Position numbers and translations under genes: made by a program. A DNA stretch of 64,000 nt from Candidatus Bathyarchaeota archaeon (GTDB taxonomy: Archaea > Thermoproteota > Bathyarchaeia > Bathyarchaeales > Bathycorpusculaceae), in the NCBI GenBank assembly GCA_963815095.1, contig CAWFFH010000003.1, forward strand, positions 608,001 through 672,000. The letters are read 5' to 3'. Of this stretch, positions 49,545 to 59,779 are shown one piece after another (within the stretch, counting starts at the first letter, position 1; every line of letters starts with the position of its first letter). The notes below the pieces were generated by a model. The model searched no databases. It saw only the letters and a program-made list of their open reading frames with translations, and was not told the origin of the DNA.

Positions 49545-50801
49545 TTAGGTAGTGCCCATTTCCCAAGTTGAAAGGTACTTTTTCTGTTCAGCGGTAAGTT
49601 CATCGATGTTGACACCCATGGATTTGAGTTTGAGTTCTGCGACTTTTTCATCGATATCTTTGGGGACAGTATAGACTTTAGTTTGGAGTTTGGTTGTTTT
49701 TGCTACATATTCAGAGCATAGGGCTTGGTTTGCAAATGACATGTCCATGACCTCTGATGGGTGGCCTTCTGCTGCGGCCAGGTTGACTAGTCTGCCCTCG
49801 GCGAGGAGATAGAGTTTTCTGCCGTCTTTTAAGCTGTACTCTTCCATGTTGGGGCGCATCGTCCGTTTTTCTTTAGTAAGTGATTCTAAGTCGGGGATGT
49901 TGATTTCCACGTTGAAGTGTCCGCTATTGCACATAATTGCGCCGTCTTTCATCTTTTGGAAGTGTTCTTTGCGTATGACACTAATGTCACCTGTTGCTGT
50001 GACAAATATGTCTCCGAGGGGTGCTGCTTTTGCCATGGGCATTACCCGGTAACCATCCATGACTGCTTCTAGGGCCCGGGTTGGTTGAACCTCTGTTACT
50101 ATTACGTTGGCACCTAAACCTTTTGCACGCATAGCTATGCCCCTGCTGCACCAGCCATATCCTCCGACAACAAAATTTTTGCCAGCAAGCAGAACTGAGG
50201 TTGCTCGCATAATTCCATCGATTGTGCTTTGGCCCGTTCCATACCGGTTGTCAAAGAGATATTTTGTGTATGCGTCGTTGACTGCTATGATGGGATATTT
50301 AAGGCTCCCATCTTGTTCCATGGCTTTTAGGCGGACTACACCTGTAGAGGTTTCTTCGGTTCCTCCTTTGACGTCTTTAATCAGGTTTTGGCGTTTACTG
50401 TGAATCATGCCAACGACGTCTGCGCCGTCATCCATTGTAATGGTTGGTTTGTAATCGAGGACTTGGTCGATGCATTTGTAATAGTCTTCTGTGTTTTGTC
50501 CTCTCCAAGCGAAAACGTGCACACCGCTATCCGCCAGAGCCGCGGCAACGTCATCTTGGGTTGAGAGAGGGTTTGAGCCGCACAACGCGACTTTCGCGCC
50601 TCCTGCTATGAGTACTTTGATCAGGACTGCGGTTTCTTTAGTTACGTGAAGGCATGCGGCTAAGGTCTGGCCTTCGAGAGGCTTTTCTTTTTCAAATCGA
50701 GTTTTTATAATGTTAAGTACAGGCATGTGTTTTGATGCCCATTCGATCTGTAAATGTCCTTGAGGTGCTAAACTTTTATCTTTAACTTGGAATTCTTCCA
50801 T
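49545..50801 (-). CDS. ahcY: Adenosylhomocysteinase
   Basis: [54 protein letters not shown]. Confidence 0.98.
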   Translation of the reverse strand: MEEFQVKDKSLAPQGHLQIEWASKHMPVLNIIKTRFEKEKPLEGQTLAACLHVTKETAVLIKVLIAGGAKVALCGSNPLSTQDDVAAALADSGVHVFAWRGQNTEDYYKCIDQVLDYKPTITMDDGADVVGMIHSKRQNLIKDVKGGTEETSTGVVRLKAMEQDGSLKYPIIAVNDAYTKYLFDNRYGTGQSTIDGIMRATSVLLAGKNFVVGGYGWCSRGIAMRAKGLGANVIVTEVQPTRALEAVMDGYRVMPMAKAAPLGDIFVTATGDISVIRKEHFQKMKDGAIMCNSGHFNVEINIPDLESLTKEKRTMRPNMEEYSLKDGRKLYLLAEGRLVNLAAAEGHPSEVMDMSFANQALCSEYVAKTTKLQTKVYTVPKDIDEKVAELKLKSMGVNIDELTAEQKKYLSTWEMGTT

Positions 50802-50943
50802 GATTGTTCCTTCTTATACGAGATTGAGTGCAATTCTCCTTATTTAGAATTTACCTAAATTTCATAAGATGCAAAGTATGGCGAGGGCTCTCTTAAGCTG
50901 GAAAAAGTTAAATTAACCCCTAACGCAAGCTAACTGTAAGAGA

Positions 50944-51558
50944 GTGAATTTCATGAAAGAACCTTTTGCTACTTTTGTAAAAAAACAACTTGAACCAAGA
51001 ACTCTACTGATAACATGTGGGTTACCAGCAAGTTACAAAACAGAAACTGCAGAAGAAGTTTCCAAAATCAAAGGTTACCCTATCCTACGCAGCGATTTAA
51101 TCAGGCTAGAAGTACTCAAGAACGAGGACGTTTTCGATGCAAAAGTCGCTGGAAACATGAACAAAAGATTATCAGTCTACGATGAAGTGTTTCGAAGGGC
51201 AGACGAACAAGCCGCAAGCAGTAAGGGTGGCTTAATTTTGGATGCCACTTTTGTTACTCAGGAATTGCGTAGGCGTGCAGCAGAGATTGCCGCAAAAAAC
51301 AACATGACGTTTGTAATATTGCAAACCAGCTGCCCTCAAGAAGTGTCCATTGCGAGAATAAAAAGGCGAACCAAAGAAAAGTACGAGTCAAACGCTCTAA
51401 CTGAAGAAGCGTATTTGGCAAATAAGAACAAGTTCGAACATGTAGATATTGACGATTTGAAGAAAAGAAATCCAACGCTCAAAGTGACCCATTTAACTGT
51501 TGACACCTGCCGTGACGAAACCGACCAATGGTTTGTTATAGGAATGGAGAAAAAGTAA
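50944..51558 (+). CDS. AAA_33 / gluconate-kinase-like P-loop kinase (COG0645)
   Basis: CGLPASYKT Walker A variant, RSDLIR, ILDATF. Confidence 0.82.
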   Translation: MNFMKEPFATFVKKQLEPRTLLITCGLPASYKTETAEEVSKIKGYPILRSDLIRLEVLKNEDVFDAKVAGNMNKRLSVYDEVFRRADEQAASSKGGLILDATFVTQELRRRAAEIAAKNNMTFVILQTSCPQEVSIARIKRRTKEKYESNALTEEAYLANKNKFEHVDIDDLKKRNPTLKVTHLTVDTCRDETDQWFVIGMEKK

Positions 51559-51569
51559 GAGCATCTATA

Positions 51570-52436
51570 ATGAAGATTGATTTACACATTCACTCGAAAA
51601 GTTCTGATGGAAAATTCACCGTCCAAGAAATTTTACAGGAAGCCAAATCCAGAAACATCGATTTTTTATCAATTAGCGATCACGATTCCATAGGCTGCCA
51701 AAACCAAGCTATCGCAGAGGCAAAGATAATTGGAATCAAATTCGTTACTGGTGTCGAATTGAATGTAACTTTTTCCGACCCGAAGTACAAAGAAGGCAAA
51801 GCAGTCTCTCTGGATTTTTTGGGTTATCAATTCGCTCCCGATAACAAAACGTTTGCAGGCAAACTGGAAATTATGGCGAAGTATCGACGGGAGCGGGCCG
51901 CTAAACTACTCGACAACCTAAACGCTGAATTTCAGAAAGAAAACATTGCAGCGCTGACTGCAGAGGATTTGCGTTTGATTGAAGAGTCAGTGGATGGTGT
52001 GCTTGGCAGACCTCACATAGCTGACTATCTAATTAAGAAGGGAATTGTTAACACCCGCCAAGAAGCCTTTGATAAATACTTGGTGAAGTGCGATGTCCCG
52101 AAGTTCCCGCTCTATCTTGAAGAAGCATCAAAACTGGTAAGGGATGCGGGCGGAAAGTTAGTGTTGGCTCACCCGAACGATCCCCACGGAACTTCACTTG
52201 TAGCGTTAACTAAAGTGCTCGCTGAGCAAACCCAGATTGTGAAAGATAATATGCTTCCTTACATCGACGGAGTTGAATGCTGGCACTCCCGAAGCGCCCC
52301 GGAAACCATAAACCACTACGTAGGTTTCGCAAAGGAACAGAAACTTATCATGACGGGGGGGAGTGATTGCCACCAAAAACCAATTTTAATGGGCACGGTT
52401 CAGATTCCCTATTGGGTAGAGGGCCAATTCAAGTAA
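51570..52436 (+). CDS. PHP-domain phosphoesterase
   Basis: IDLHIHSKSSDG, SDHD, GVEL, GRPHIA, LAHP, TGGSDCH. Start placed at ATG 51570. Confidence 0.9.
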   Translation: MKIDLHIHSKSSDGKFTVQEILQEAKSRNIDFLSISDHDSIGCQNQAIAEAKIIGIKFVTGVELNVTFSDPKYKEGKAVSLDFLGYQFAPDNKTFAGKLEIMAKYRRERAAKLLDNLNAEFQKENIAALTAEDLRLIEESVDGVLGRPHIADYLIKKGIVNTRQEAFDKYLVKCDVPKFPLYLEEASKLVRDAGGKLVLAHPNDPHGTSLVALTKVLAEQTQIVKDNMLPYIDGVECWHSRSAPETINHYVGFAKEQKLIMTGGSDCHQKPILMGTVQIPYWVEGQFK

Positions 52437-52445
52437 AGGAAAAGG

Positions 52446-53453
52446 TCAGAGGTTTTTTGCGTATTCAAATGCTAGTTTGAAGTAGGCTTGGGCTTCTTCG
52501 GTTGCTGAAACTTTTTCTTTTTGGTTTATGTTTAGGTCGTCGAGTCTGAAACTGATTACTTTACCTCGAACATATGCCCTGTAACATTTGTAGAAGGGAA
52601 GAAGCTTTGTAAGGTTTTGGTCTTTGGAGTACTCTATGTATTTTTCTATGAAGTGATTTGCAAGGTCAGGACGTAGTTGGAAGTCTAGGTCCATGGCTAA
52701 GAAGGCTACGTCAGCTGTAACGTCGGAGTAGCGGAATCTGTCGTTGAATTCTATGGCGTCGAAAATGCAAATTTTGTCAGTTATGAATATGTTGCCTGAA
52801 TGCAAGTCGCCGTGGCAGTCACGGATTCGCTTGTCGGAGATTCTGCTCTCAAAAAGGGCCTTGTTTTTGTTTATGAAACCGTTGATTTTGGTTTGGATAA
52901 ATTGGAAGTCCTTTTGTGGAATCGTTTGGTTGATGTATTTTTGGGTTTGAGCAAAGTTTTCATCCCAGTTAGTTTTGACAATTTTGATGCTGCCGAACTC
53001 GCTTATTTCGCCGGATGTCTTTGCCTTCGAATGGAAATCTGCAACTATTCTTGCTATCTCATCGATTGTTTTCTTGTCAACCTTGTCCTCTTTGAGTAGA
53101 AGGGTCATAATTCTTTCTTGAGGCAACCGTAACATTTTCAGCGCATACTCGACGGTTTCGCCTTTACCGCCGATTTTAATGCTATTTGATTTGTTGATTG
53201 AGACAACTTCGAGGTAGATTTCTGGGCACAGACGCCTGTTGAGCTTCAGCTCTTTTTTGCAGTATTCAAGTCTTTTGTCTAAGGTGGAGAAATCCAGAAA
53301 CCCAAAGTTAACGGCTTTCTTTACTTTGTAAACGTATTTTTTGGTCAGGAATACGAAGGATATGTGTGTTTGAATAAGTTCTACTTTGCCTGCTTCCTCC
53401 GGGTAAGCCTCGGGAACAAGTAGTGCATCAACTATTTCTTTTTGGGTTTGCAA
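52446..53453 (-). CDS. Aminoglycoside-phosphotransferase-like kinase (COG2187)
   Basis: QTHISFVFL, YKVKKAVNFGFLDFST, ELKLNRRL, CHGDLH, FDAIEFNDRFR, YRAYVRGKV. Probable TTG start at 53453. Confidence 0.88.
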   Translation of the reverse strand: MQTQKEIVDALLVPEAYPEEAGKVELIQTHISFVFLTKKYVYKVKKAVNFGFLDFSTLDKRLEYCKKELKLNRRLCPEIYLEVVSINKSNSIKIGGKGETVEYALKMLRLPQERIMTLLLKEDKVDKKTIDEIARIVADFHSKAKTSGEISEFGSIKIVKTNWDENFAQTQKYINQTIPQKDFQFIQTKINGFINKNKALFESRISDKRIRDCHGDLHSGNIFITDKICIFDAIEFNDRFRYSDVTADVAFLAMDLDFQLRPDLANHFIEKYIEYSKDQNLTKLLPFYKCYRAYVRGKVISFRLDDLNINQKEKVSATEEAQAYFKLAFEYAKNL

Positions 53454-53578
53454 CAGGATTCGCCTTTTAGGTATAATGTTGTGAGTTGCCAGCCAATAAA
53501 TATAGAGGTACCAGTTAACCAAGTTTTCAGTTTGGTTAGCTTTATATTCAACATTCGAAAGAGATTTTGCGATTACAA

Positions 53579-53692
53579 ATGGAGACAGATAAACCCGAGA
53601 ACCTAAAAAAGGTACTCTTGAACAGCGGAATTCCTATCGTTGTGGCTGAAAAAATCGTTGCTCACTACACTAAAGATTTTGAAAGTGTTTGA
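53579..53692 (+). CDS. Putative 37-aa microprotein
   Basis: METDKPENLKKVLLNSGIPIVVAEKIVAHYTKDFESV; TATA-like tttatatt about 35 bp upstream; below the ORF-track cutoff. Confidence 0.4.
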   Translation: METDKPENLKKVLLNSGIPIVVAEKIVAHYTKDFESV

Positions 53693-54293
53693 CGTAATCC
53701 AAGACTTTGTCGGATTGTTCTTTAGAGATGTGGTTTCCAATGTGGAGTGAGGCTACGATGTCTGAGATTTTTGCGAGTGAATGAACTTGGTAACCGAGTT
53801 TTTCAAGTTTTTCTTTGCCGCCATGCTCTCGATTTACAACCACCAGCAAATGTTTTACGTTGGCGCCTAATTCCTGGAGGGGTTTTATGCCTTCAACTTT
53901 GGATATGCCCTCACTTATGACATCGTCGAAGAATAGGATATTATCACCCTTAGCCACATCTGCTCCGGCGATTCTACCTTTAACACCGTAGGCTTTCTCT
54001 TCTTTACGAACTATGACACAAGGAAGATTTAGATTACAAGCGATACTTGGCACAATTAACGCGCCCTTCAGCTCAATAGATGCTAATTTGTCGATTGGGT
54101 CAACAGCCATTATATGCCTAATTTTTTCCGAGGCAGCCTCAGCGATAGTGCAGAGATTCTTTGGTGCGGAAAGAACCTTTGCAAGGTCAATATAATAGGG
54201 GCTTGTTGCTCCAGACTTGATTGTGAAGCTGCCAAACCTTAAGCACCCAGACAAGTAAAGAGCATCAGCCACTTTATCAGTAATCGTTGACAT
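53670..54293 (-). CDS. pyrE: Orotate phosphoribosyltransferase
   Basis: FGSFTIKSGATSPYYID, VRKEEKAYG, FDDVISEG. Confidence 0.92.
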   Translation of the reverse strand: MSTITDKVADALYLSGCLRFGSFTIKSGATSPYYIDLAKVLSAPKNLCTIAEAASEKIRHIMAVDPIDKLASIELKGALIVPSIACNLNLPCVIVRKEEKAYGVKGRIAGADVAKGDNILFFDDVISEGISKVEGIKPLQELGANVKHLLVVVNREHGGKEKLEKLGYQVHSLAKISDIVASLHIGNHISKEQSDKVLDYVKHFQNL

Positions 54294-54446
54294 TTGATTT
54301 CACTGATGAGAGTGTTAAGTTGCAAATTTAACCCTTTACCAACCTATTTTAAGTCTTTTAAAAACTAATGACAGAAACCTATAGTGAGTAGTTAACAGTG
54401 ACGCTTTCAACAACGAGAATATTAAAAAAATAGTAAAAATGGGATA

Positions 54447-55433
54447 TTAGACAACTAAGTCGGCCATGTCGACGCTACGCTCGTAAATCTGCCTAAGGAA
54501 AGACACCGACGCCAAAATCTGAGGTATTAAATCCACAGACGAATCCTTCGCTAACTGTTCAATGTTTGAGGAGGTTGACTCTATTTTCTCTCGCAGGTTC
54601 CGAACGTTTTCGGCCACCGAAATGTCCTTGTTCAGGAAAGCTTTAATGGCTTGCTCATTAGCCTCGGAACAAGCAGATTGCAATTCAAACAACAACTTCC
54701 GAAGTTCATCAGATAATTTAATTCCGTTTAGCGCTATAGTGTTTGAGGCAAACTGAACACATGCGTCACCGATACCTTCAATTAAACTTGCAGCCAAACG
54801 ATAGTCTAAACATTCAATCGGTGTAATCCCAAGTTTATCGCTCAACCTTGGATTCTGAATAATTGTCCGAAGAGTTCTAACCAACAAAAAGTAAAGCCGA
54901 TTGCTTTCGTTATCACGCGAAACAACGCTCTTAGCTAACTCTGAATCGGTGTTAATAAAAGAGTTAGTTACGTCACGAATCATCCCTGCTACCAAACCGT
55001 GGTTTCGTTGCAAGATTTTTTGAGGTAAAAACCCAAATGGTTGTTGTGAGATACTTTGCAAAGAAATTTTGCAGATCGTCTCTTCTACAATCTCTAATCC
55101 CGCCAAAGAACTTGCGGTTGACTTAATTATTTTCCTTGCGTTTGCATCAATACGGTCCTTTGCCTCAATGTTAATTGTATCAAAGCCCAGAAGGTATCTA
55201 CCAACAATTTCACGCCCCAAAAAAGGGCCAACTCCCAAAGTGGCGACTTTAGGCTCAGGTTCAGCAGCATTTTTTGGGTCAACAAGAAGTTTACCGTCAC
55301 TGGTAACTTCCAAATTTACTTCAAAACCCTTCTTTAAACCGGACGCGTTGGCCCAATCTCTGGGTAAACAAACAAAGAAAGTCCCAGTTGGTGTTTGCTG
55401 TACTTTACGCGATTCACTCATCTGCGGTTTCAC
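54447..55433 (-). CDS. phoU: AbrB-PhoU phosphate uptake regulator
   Basis: RKVQQTPTGTFFVCLPRDW (AbrB) followed by two PhoU repeats. Confidence 0.88.
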   Translation of the reverse strand: MKPQMSESRKVQQTPTGTFFVCLPRDWANASGLKKGFEVNLEVTSDGKLLVDPKNAAEPEPKVATLGVGPFLGREIVGRYLLGFDTINIEAKDRIDANARKIIKSTASSLAGLEIVEETICKISLQSISQQPFGFLPQKILQRNHGLVAGMIRDVTNSFINTDSELAKSVVSRDNESNRLYFLLVRTLRTIIQNPRLSDKLGITPIECLDYRLAASLIEGIGDACVQFASNTIALNGIKLSDELRKLLFELQSACSEANEQAIKAFLNKDISVAENVRNLREKIESTSSNIEQLAKDSSVDLIPQILASVSFLRQIYERSVDMADLVV

Positions 55434-55659
55434 CTATGGAAGATACAATATATCTAAACTATGGTTTGCTTATTTAAATTGAATTGATTTTCTATAACTT
55501 AATTCAAAAAATACAATCAAATTAGTCGGAGTACCGAAAATTTTTCCATTAAAGGTTCATTCATAAAAAGGGTCAGAAAACAAAAAACAGTAAATAACTC
55601 AAGAACATAACTGCCTAACATAAAAAACTAACATTTAGTAAGGTCAAGGCAAGAACTCG

Positions 55660-57246
55660 ATGAGCGCAGAAGAAAAACTCCAAAAAGCCATAGAGACATC
55701 TATTATGGCGGGTTATCAATTAAATAGCGAAGCCTTCGAGTTTCTCACTCAAAAAGCAGAAACTAACGACCCTGTCCTCATTATGGACTTGGCTCTTGCG
55801 AGAATCCAAGAGTTGCATGATAAACCGATGTTTATAGAAAAAAGCTTTCTAGAAGCGCTTTTGCAAGCCGCTGTACCTGCGCCACAACTTCAAGTCCCCG
55901 AGCGACAATACAGTCCACAACCAAGTATTCCGCAACAGCAATTGCGGCCACTTGAGGAATATCAAGATTCCAACGAAACCGAGTTTTATCCCTTCGCCAA
56001 AGATATACCGTCAGAACTCAATATTATCGATGATGCTACAGGAAAACTTACTTCGAATGGTACACTAGACGAGTACGTACTCTATTTTCAGGACCGCTTC
56101 AAACGTATCGAGAAACTGTTAAGACAAAGGATGGATGTTAAGGCAGCAACCTCAATTACGGAAGCCCTCAAGTCGCCACCAAAAACTAAGCTCAAAATCA
56201 TCTGTATGCTAACTGAGAAGAGGGACTCAAAAAATAACACAATCTTATCCGTCGAAGATTTGAATGGAAGTGCAACAATTCTTGTTTCTCAAAAAGCTCC
56301 TGAAGAAGTAAAGAAAAAAGCGCTCACTCTTCTGCCTGACCAAGTTTTCTGCGTAGCGGCTGTTAAAACAAGAGGCGACCTGCTGATGGCTGAAGACATT
56401 ATTTTTCCTGACGTAGGAAAAAAGATACCTCTGCGTGCGCAAGAACCCGTTTACGCTGTCCTTACATCAGACATCCATATTGGAAGTACAAAATTTACAA
56501 AAGAATCATTCAAGCGCTTTATCCTCTGGCTGCGAGGCAAATATGGAACCCCAGAAATGCGCCAAATAGCCGGCCGAGTAAAATATCTTCTCGTTGCGGG
56601 CGATATTGTAGATGGAATAGGTATTTATCCTGGTCAACAAAATGAGCTAACCATTCGAGATGTACATAAACAGTATAATTTTGCTATCAAATATCTTGAA
56701 AAAATTCCAGATTACATTGAAATTGTTTTGTCTCCAGGTAACCATGACGCCGCACGCAAATCATTACCTCAACCAGCAATACCAGAAGGATATCTGACAG
56801 AAATTCAAGGCAAAAAAAATATCCACTCAGTTGGCAGCCCATGTTACCTCAGCATTCACGGCGTAGAAGTACTCATGTATCACGGCAGAAGCCTCGACGA
56901 CATAGTTTCTGTTATTCCTGGAATGGATCATCAGCACCCAGAAAAATCCATGCGTCTACTCATGCAAGGACGACACTTAGCTCCTGTATACGGTGGAAAA
57001 ACCATGCTTTCCCCAGAAAGCCGCGATTATCTTGTAATTGATAAGGTTCCAGACATTTTTCATGCAGGGCACGTACATGTTAATGGACTTTGTAATTATC
57101 GCGGAGTACTTGTTGTGAACTCGGGCGGATGGCAAGACCAAACGGATTATATGGAAAAATTAGGGTTAGTTCCTACTCCAGGAATGGTGCCAGTGGTGAA
57201 TCTGCAAACACTACATACCACCGTTTTAGATTTTAATTTAAGTTAG
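55660..57246 (+). CDS. polB: DNA polymerase D small (proofreading) subunit DP1
   Basis: SDIHIGS, AGDIVDGIGIYPGQ, PGNHDA, YHGRSLDD, HLAP, HAGHVH. Confidence 0.96.
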   Translation: MSAEEKLQKAIETSIMAGYQLNSEAFEFLTQKAETNDPVLIMDLALARIQELHDKPMFIEKSFLEALLQAAVPAPQLQVPERQYSPQPSIPQQQLRPLEEYQDSNETEFYPFAKDIPSELNIIDDATGKLTSNGTLDEYVLYFQDRFKRIEKLLRQRMDVKAATSITEALKSPPKTKLKIICMLTEKRDSKNNTILSVEDLNGSATILVSQKAPEEVKKKALTLLPDQVFCVAAVKTRGDLLMAEDIIFPDVGKKIPLRAQEPVYAVLTSDIHIGSTKFTKESFKRFILWLRGKYGTPEMRQIAGRVKYLLVAGDIVDGIGIYPGQQNELTIRDVHKQYNFAIKYLEKIPDYIEIVLSPGNHDAARKSLPQPAIPEGYLTEIQGKKNIHSVGSPCYLSIHGVEVLMYHGRSLDDIVSVIPGMDHQHPEKSMRLLMQGRHLAPVYGGKTMLSPESRDYLVIDKVPDIFHAGHVHVNGLCNYRGVLVVNSGGWQDQTDYMEKLGLVPTPGMVPVVNLQTLHTTVLDFNLS

Positions 57247-58484
57247 GTGCCGGAACTTGGGTTTTTGCGGATAGCTTGGGGTGAATAGTCAATCAATCGG
57301 CTAAAGCGATTATCACCGACAAAGACATCTCTAATCAAGCTGCGAGAGATTTCCAGTCTAATTTTTTTGGTTCTTCCGTATCGACCCATGCTTACAACTT
57401 TGGCGTTTACAAGACCCATCGAATCAAGTTCGTTAACCAAAGTGCCTAGACGCCGTTGCGTTAGAAGCCCAGCGCCCATCTCACCGCATAATTCATTGTA
57501 TATATCGTAGATTTCCCCGGTTGTCGCACTTGACTTATTTAGATGGTAAACACTCAAGAGCACCAACTTTGAATGCAAAGTTAAATTATTGAGTGCTTCG
57601 ACAACTCGGTTGTGCTCAATATGCTTCTCAGCCTGACGCACGTGCTCTTCAGTAATAGTTTTTGCACCAAGCCGCTCCGCCACTTCTCCAGCAACACGCA
57701 ACAAATCTAGAGCTCGCCTAGCGTCTCCATGTTCTGCGGCAGCTAAAGCTGAGCAAATGCTCAATGCTGAATCTGATAAGACACCATCTTGGAAGGACAA
57801 CTTTGAGCGTTCAAGAAGTATATTTCGAAGTTCTCCAGCATCATATGGTCTGAAGACCAGTTCTTCTTCGCTAAGTGAACTGAAGACTCTTGGGTCCAAG
57901 AATTCTTTTAGGCGCAAATCGTTGGATATGCCGATTAGGGCAACTTTGCTTTTGGTTAATGTTTCGTTTATTCTTGTTAACTCATACATGAAGCCGTCTC
58001 CATGTTCTTTGATCAAGGCGTCAACTTCATCCAAAATAATGATGAATATTATTTTAGATTGATCTAACCCTATGCGGAACCGGTCAAAAACTTCGCCTGC
58101 CGACAAACCAGTGAAGGGAATGGACAAGCCTACACTTTGGCTTAGCGCCGCGAAAACCCTGTATTCTGAACCAGTCATTCGACAATTAATGTAGCAAAAT
58201 TTTACCTGTGCACCATATTCTTTTGCTTTGGATTCTAAATGGCTTAGCACATATTTTGTTACGGCAGTTTTTCCTGTTCCTGTTTTTCCGTAAATGAAAA
58301 TGTTGGAGCATCTTGAATCTCTTAGGACTGGAGCAACAGTTGCACCGAGCAATCTAATCTGGTCTTCTCGATGTGGAAGTTTATCCGGAAGATAATCATG
58401 CCTTAAGACCTCTCGATCTTTAAACAGTTTAACTCCGTTTACGAAGTTTTCGAATACATCATCTAGTACGCTTGAATTACCCAT
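57243..58484 (-). CDS. cdc6: Orc1/Cdc6 replication initiator
   Basis: LPHREDQI, YGKTGTGKT, ILDEVD, GDARRALDLLR, SMGRYGRTK. Confidence 0.98.
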   Translation of the reverse strand: MGNSSVLDDVFENFVNGVKLFKDREVLRHDYLPDKLPHREDQIRLLGATVAPVLRDSRCSNIFIYGKTGTGKTAVTKYVLSHLESKAKEYGAQVKFCYINCRMTGSEYRVFAALSQSVGLSIPFTGLSAGEVFDRFRIGLDQSKIIFIIILDEVDALIKEHGDGFMYELTRINETLTKSKVALIGISNDLRLKEFLDPRVFSSLSEEELVFRPYDAGELRNILLERSKLSFQDGVLSDSALSICSALAAAEHGDARRALDLLRVAGEVAERLGAKTITEEHVRQAEKHIEHNRVVEALNNLTLHSKLVLLSVYHLNKSSATTGEIYDIYNELCGEMGAGLLTQRRLGTLVNELDSMGLVNAKVVSMGRYGRTKKIRLEISRSLIRDVFVGDNRFSRLIDYSPQAIRKNPSSGT

Positions 58485-59282
58485 TTGCTTTCCCTCTTAT
58501 TCTTCAGAGGCAACACCGTTATTTCTTGTGGAACAGATAAAGGCTACACTACAAAAAACTGGTCTTAGAGCACAACAATCCTAAAAAACATTGAAAATAG
58601 CCAATATCTTTCAAATAAAGCGAGAGCACACACACACCACAGTTTCTACTGGAGGAAAAAGCTTGGTAAAAGAAAAACACTATTTATTGTATATATAATA
58701 ATATACTCTGATAGGTAAGGGGCAATTTGATATATTAATAATTGTTATCAAAGAAATTAGACAAATCATCTACAATAATTTTTTCAGCCTTTCCTAACTT
58801 CTTTTTGTCCCAAATACTTCGAGCGGAAACATAGGGGCCTGTGCGAGCGATTTTTCCATGGTAAATTACACTTGTTCAAGCTATTACATCTTGTTTTCTT
58901 TCATAACTTTCTTAATTTCTCAAGGAAGTTAATTTTCAACTTTTTAGTTAAAGTTTCTCGAAAAAACCGTTCACAAAATTGTGAATACATGTGAAATGGC
59001 AATGAAGTTGTCGCTTTATTGAGTCTATTTTCTGATAAATTACCCTTTTCCTGTCTTTAACAAGTGAATAAGGCACCCCTACACTTCTACTGGAAAAGCA
59101 TAACCAAGGCGAAACTGAATTATTTCAAGCATTTCGTTATACTGTGAAGCTGGTAATAACAGAATAACTTCAATTCTTAGCTATTACAGTATTATAAGCT
59201 TGATAACTGCCTATTTCATTCATCAGTTTCACCATAACAGCTATAAGGTGTGAAGTACTGACTTGTGAACAATCCTTAAGGT
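58485..59282. other. Chromosomal replication origin (oriC) with ORB elements and AT-rich DUE
   Basis: 800-bp non-coding region upstream of cdc6. ORB-like boxes: 58514-58534(-) GTTCCACAAGAAATAACGGTG; 58633-58654(-) CTCCAGTAGAAACTGTGGTGTG; 58817-58837(+) CTTCGAGCGGAAACATAGGGG; 59076-59096(-) TTTCCAGTAGAAGTGTAGGGG. An AT-rich stretch at about 58680-58750 lies between inverted ORBs. Confidence 0.85.
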
Positions 59283-59720
59283 GTGCAGCAAATGCCCGCT
59301 CGTAAAATGCGCATTGAGCTTTTCGATAGCGATGGTAATCGATATACTATTGCTTTTGAGGGTCAAGTGACTCGTGACAAAGCTCTTCGCCTTTTGGATC
59401 TGGTAGAGTTGCTTGGCAGTGCACCTGGAGAAGGCCTCACTACAAATGCAGGAAACACTTTACCAAATAAGGTTCTATCACGGTTCGAGAAAGTCCAGGT
59501 GGTTATCCACAAGAATTTCCCCTTGATTTGGTTCTCCTCAAAAGACATCCAGTCCATTTATGAACAAGAACTTAAAGAACCGGTAAGTCTCAGCACAGTT
59601 TCAACCTACCTTTCCAGGATGGCTGTAAAAGGTATGTTGCTTAGGACCGGAGGCCAAAACAACCTCAAGTACAAGACTGCCCCAAACATCTCCCCTGCTA
59701 TTAAACAACGCATAAAATAA
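59283..59720 (+). CDS. Origin-adjacent protein with C-terminal winged HTH
   Basis: N-terminal RIELFDSDGNRYTIAFEG domain; C-terminal FSSKDIQSIYEQ...SLSTVSTYLSRMAVKGMLLRTG...KY wHTH. Confidence 0.8.
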   Translation: MQQMPARKMRIELFDSDGNRYTIAFEGQVTRDKALRLLDLVELLGSAPGEGLTTNAGNTLPNKVLSRFEKVQVVIHKNFPLIWFSSKDIQSIYEQELKEPVSLSTVSTYLSRMAVKGMLLRTGGQNNLKYKTAPNISPAIKQRIK

Positions 59721-59779
59721 CTCCCAAGGTTCACAATCATTTCACAAAAAGACAATTATTGAACCCTTTAAACCGTTAA

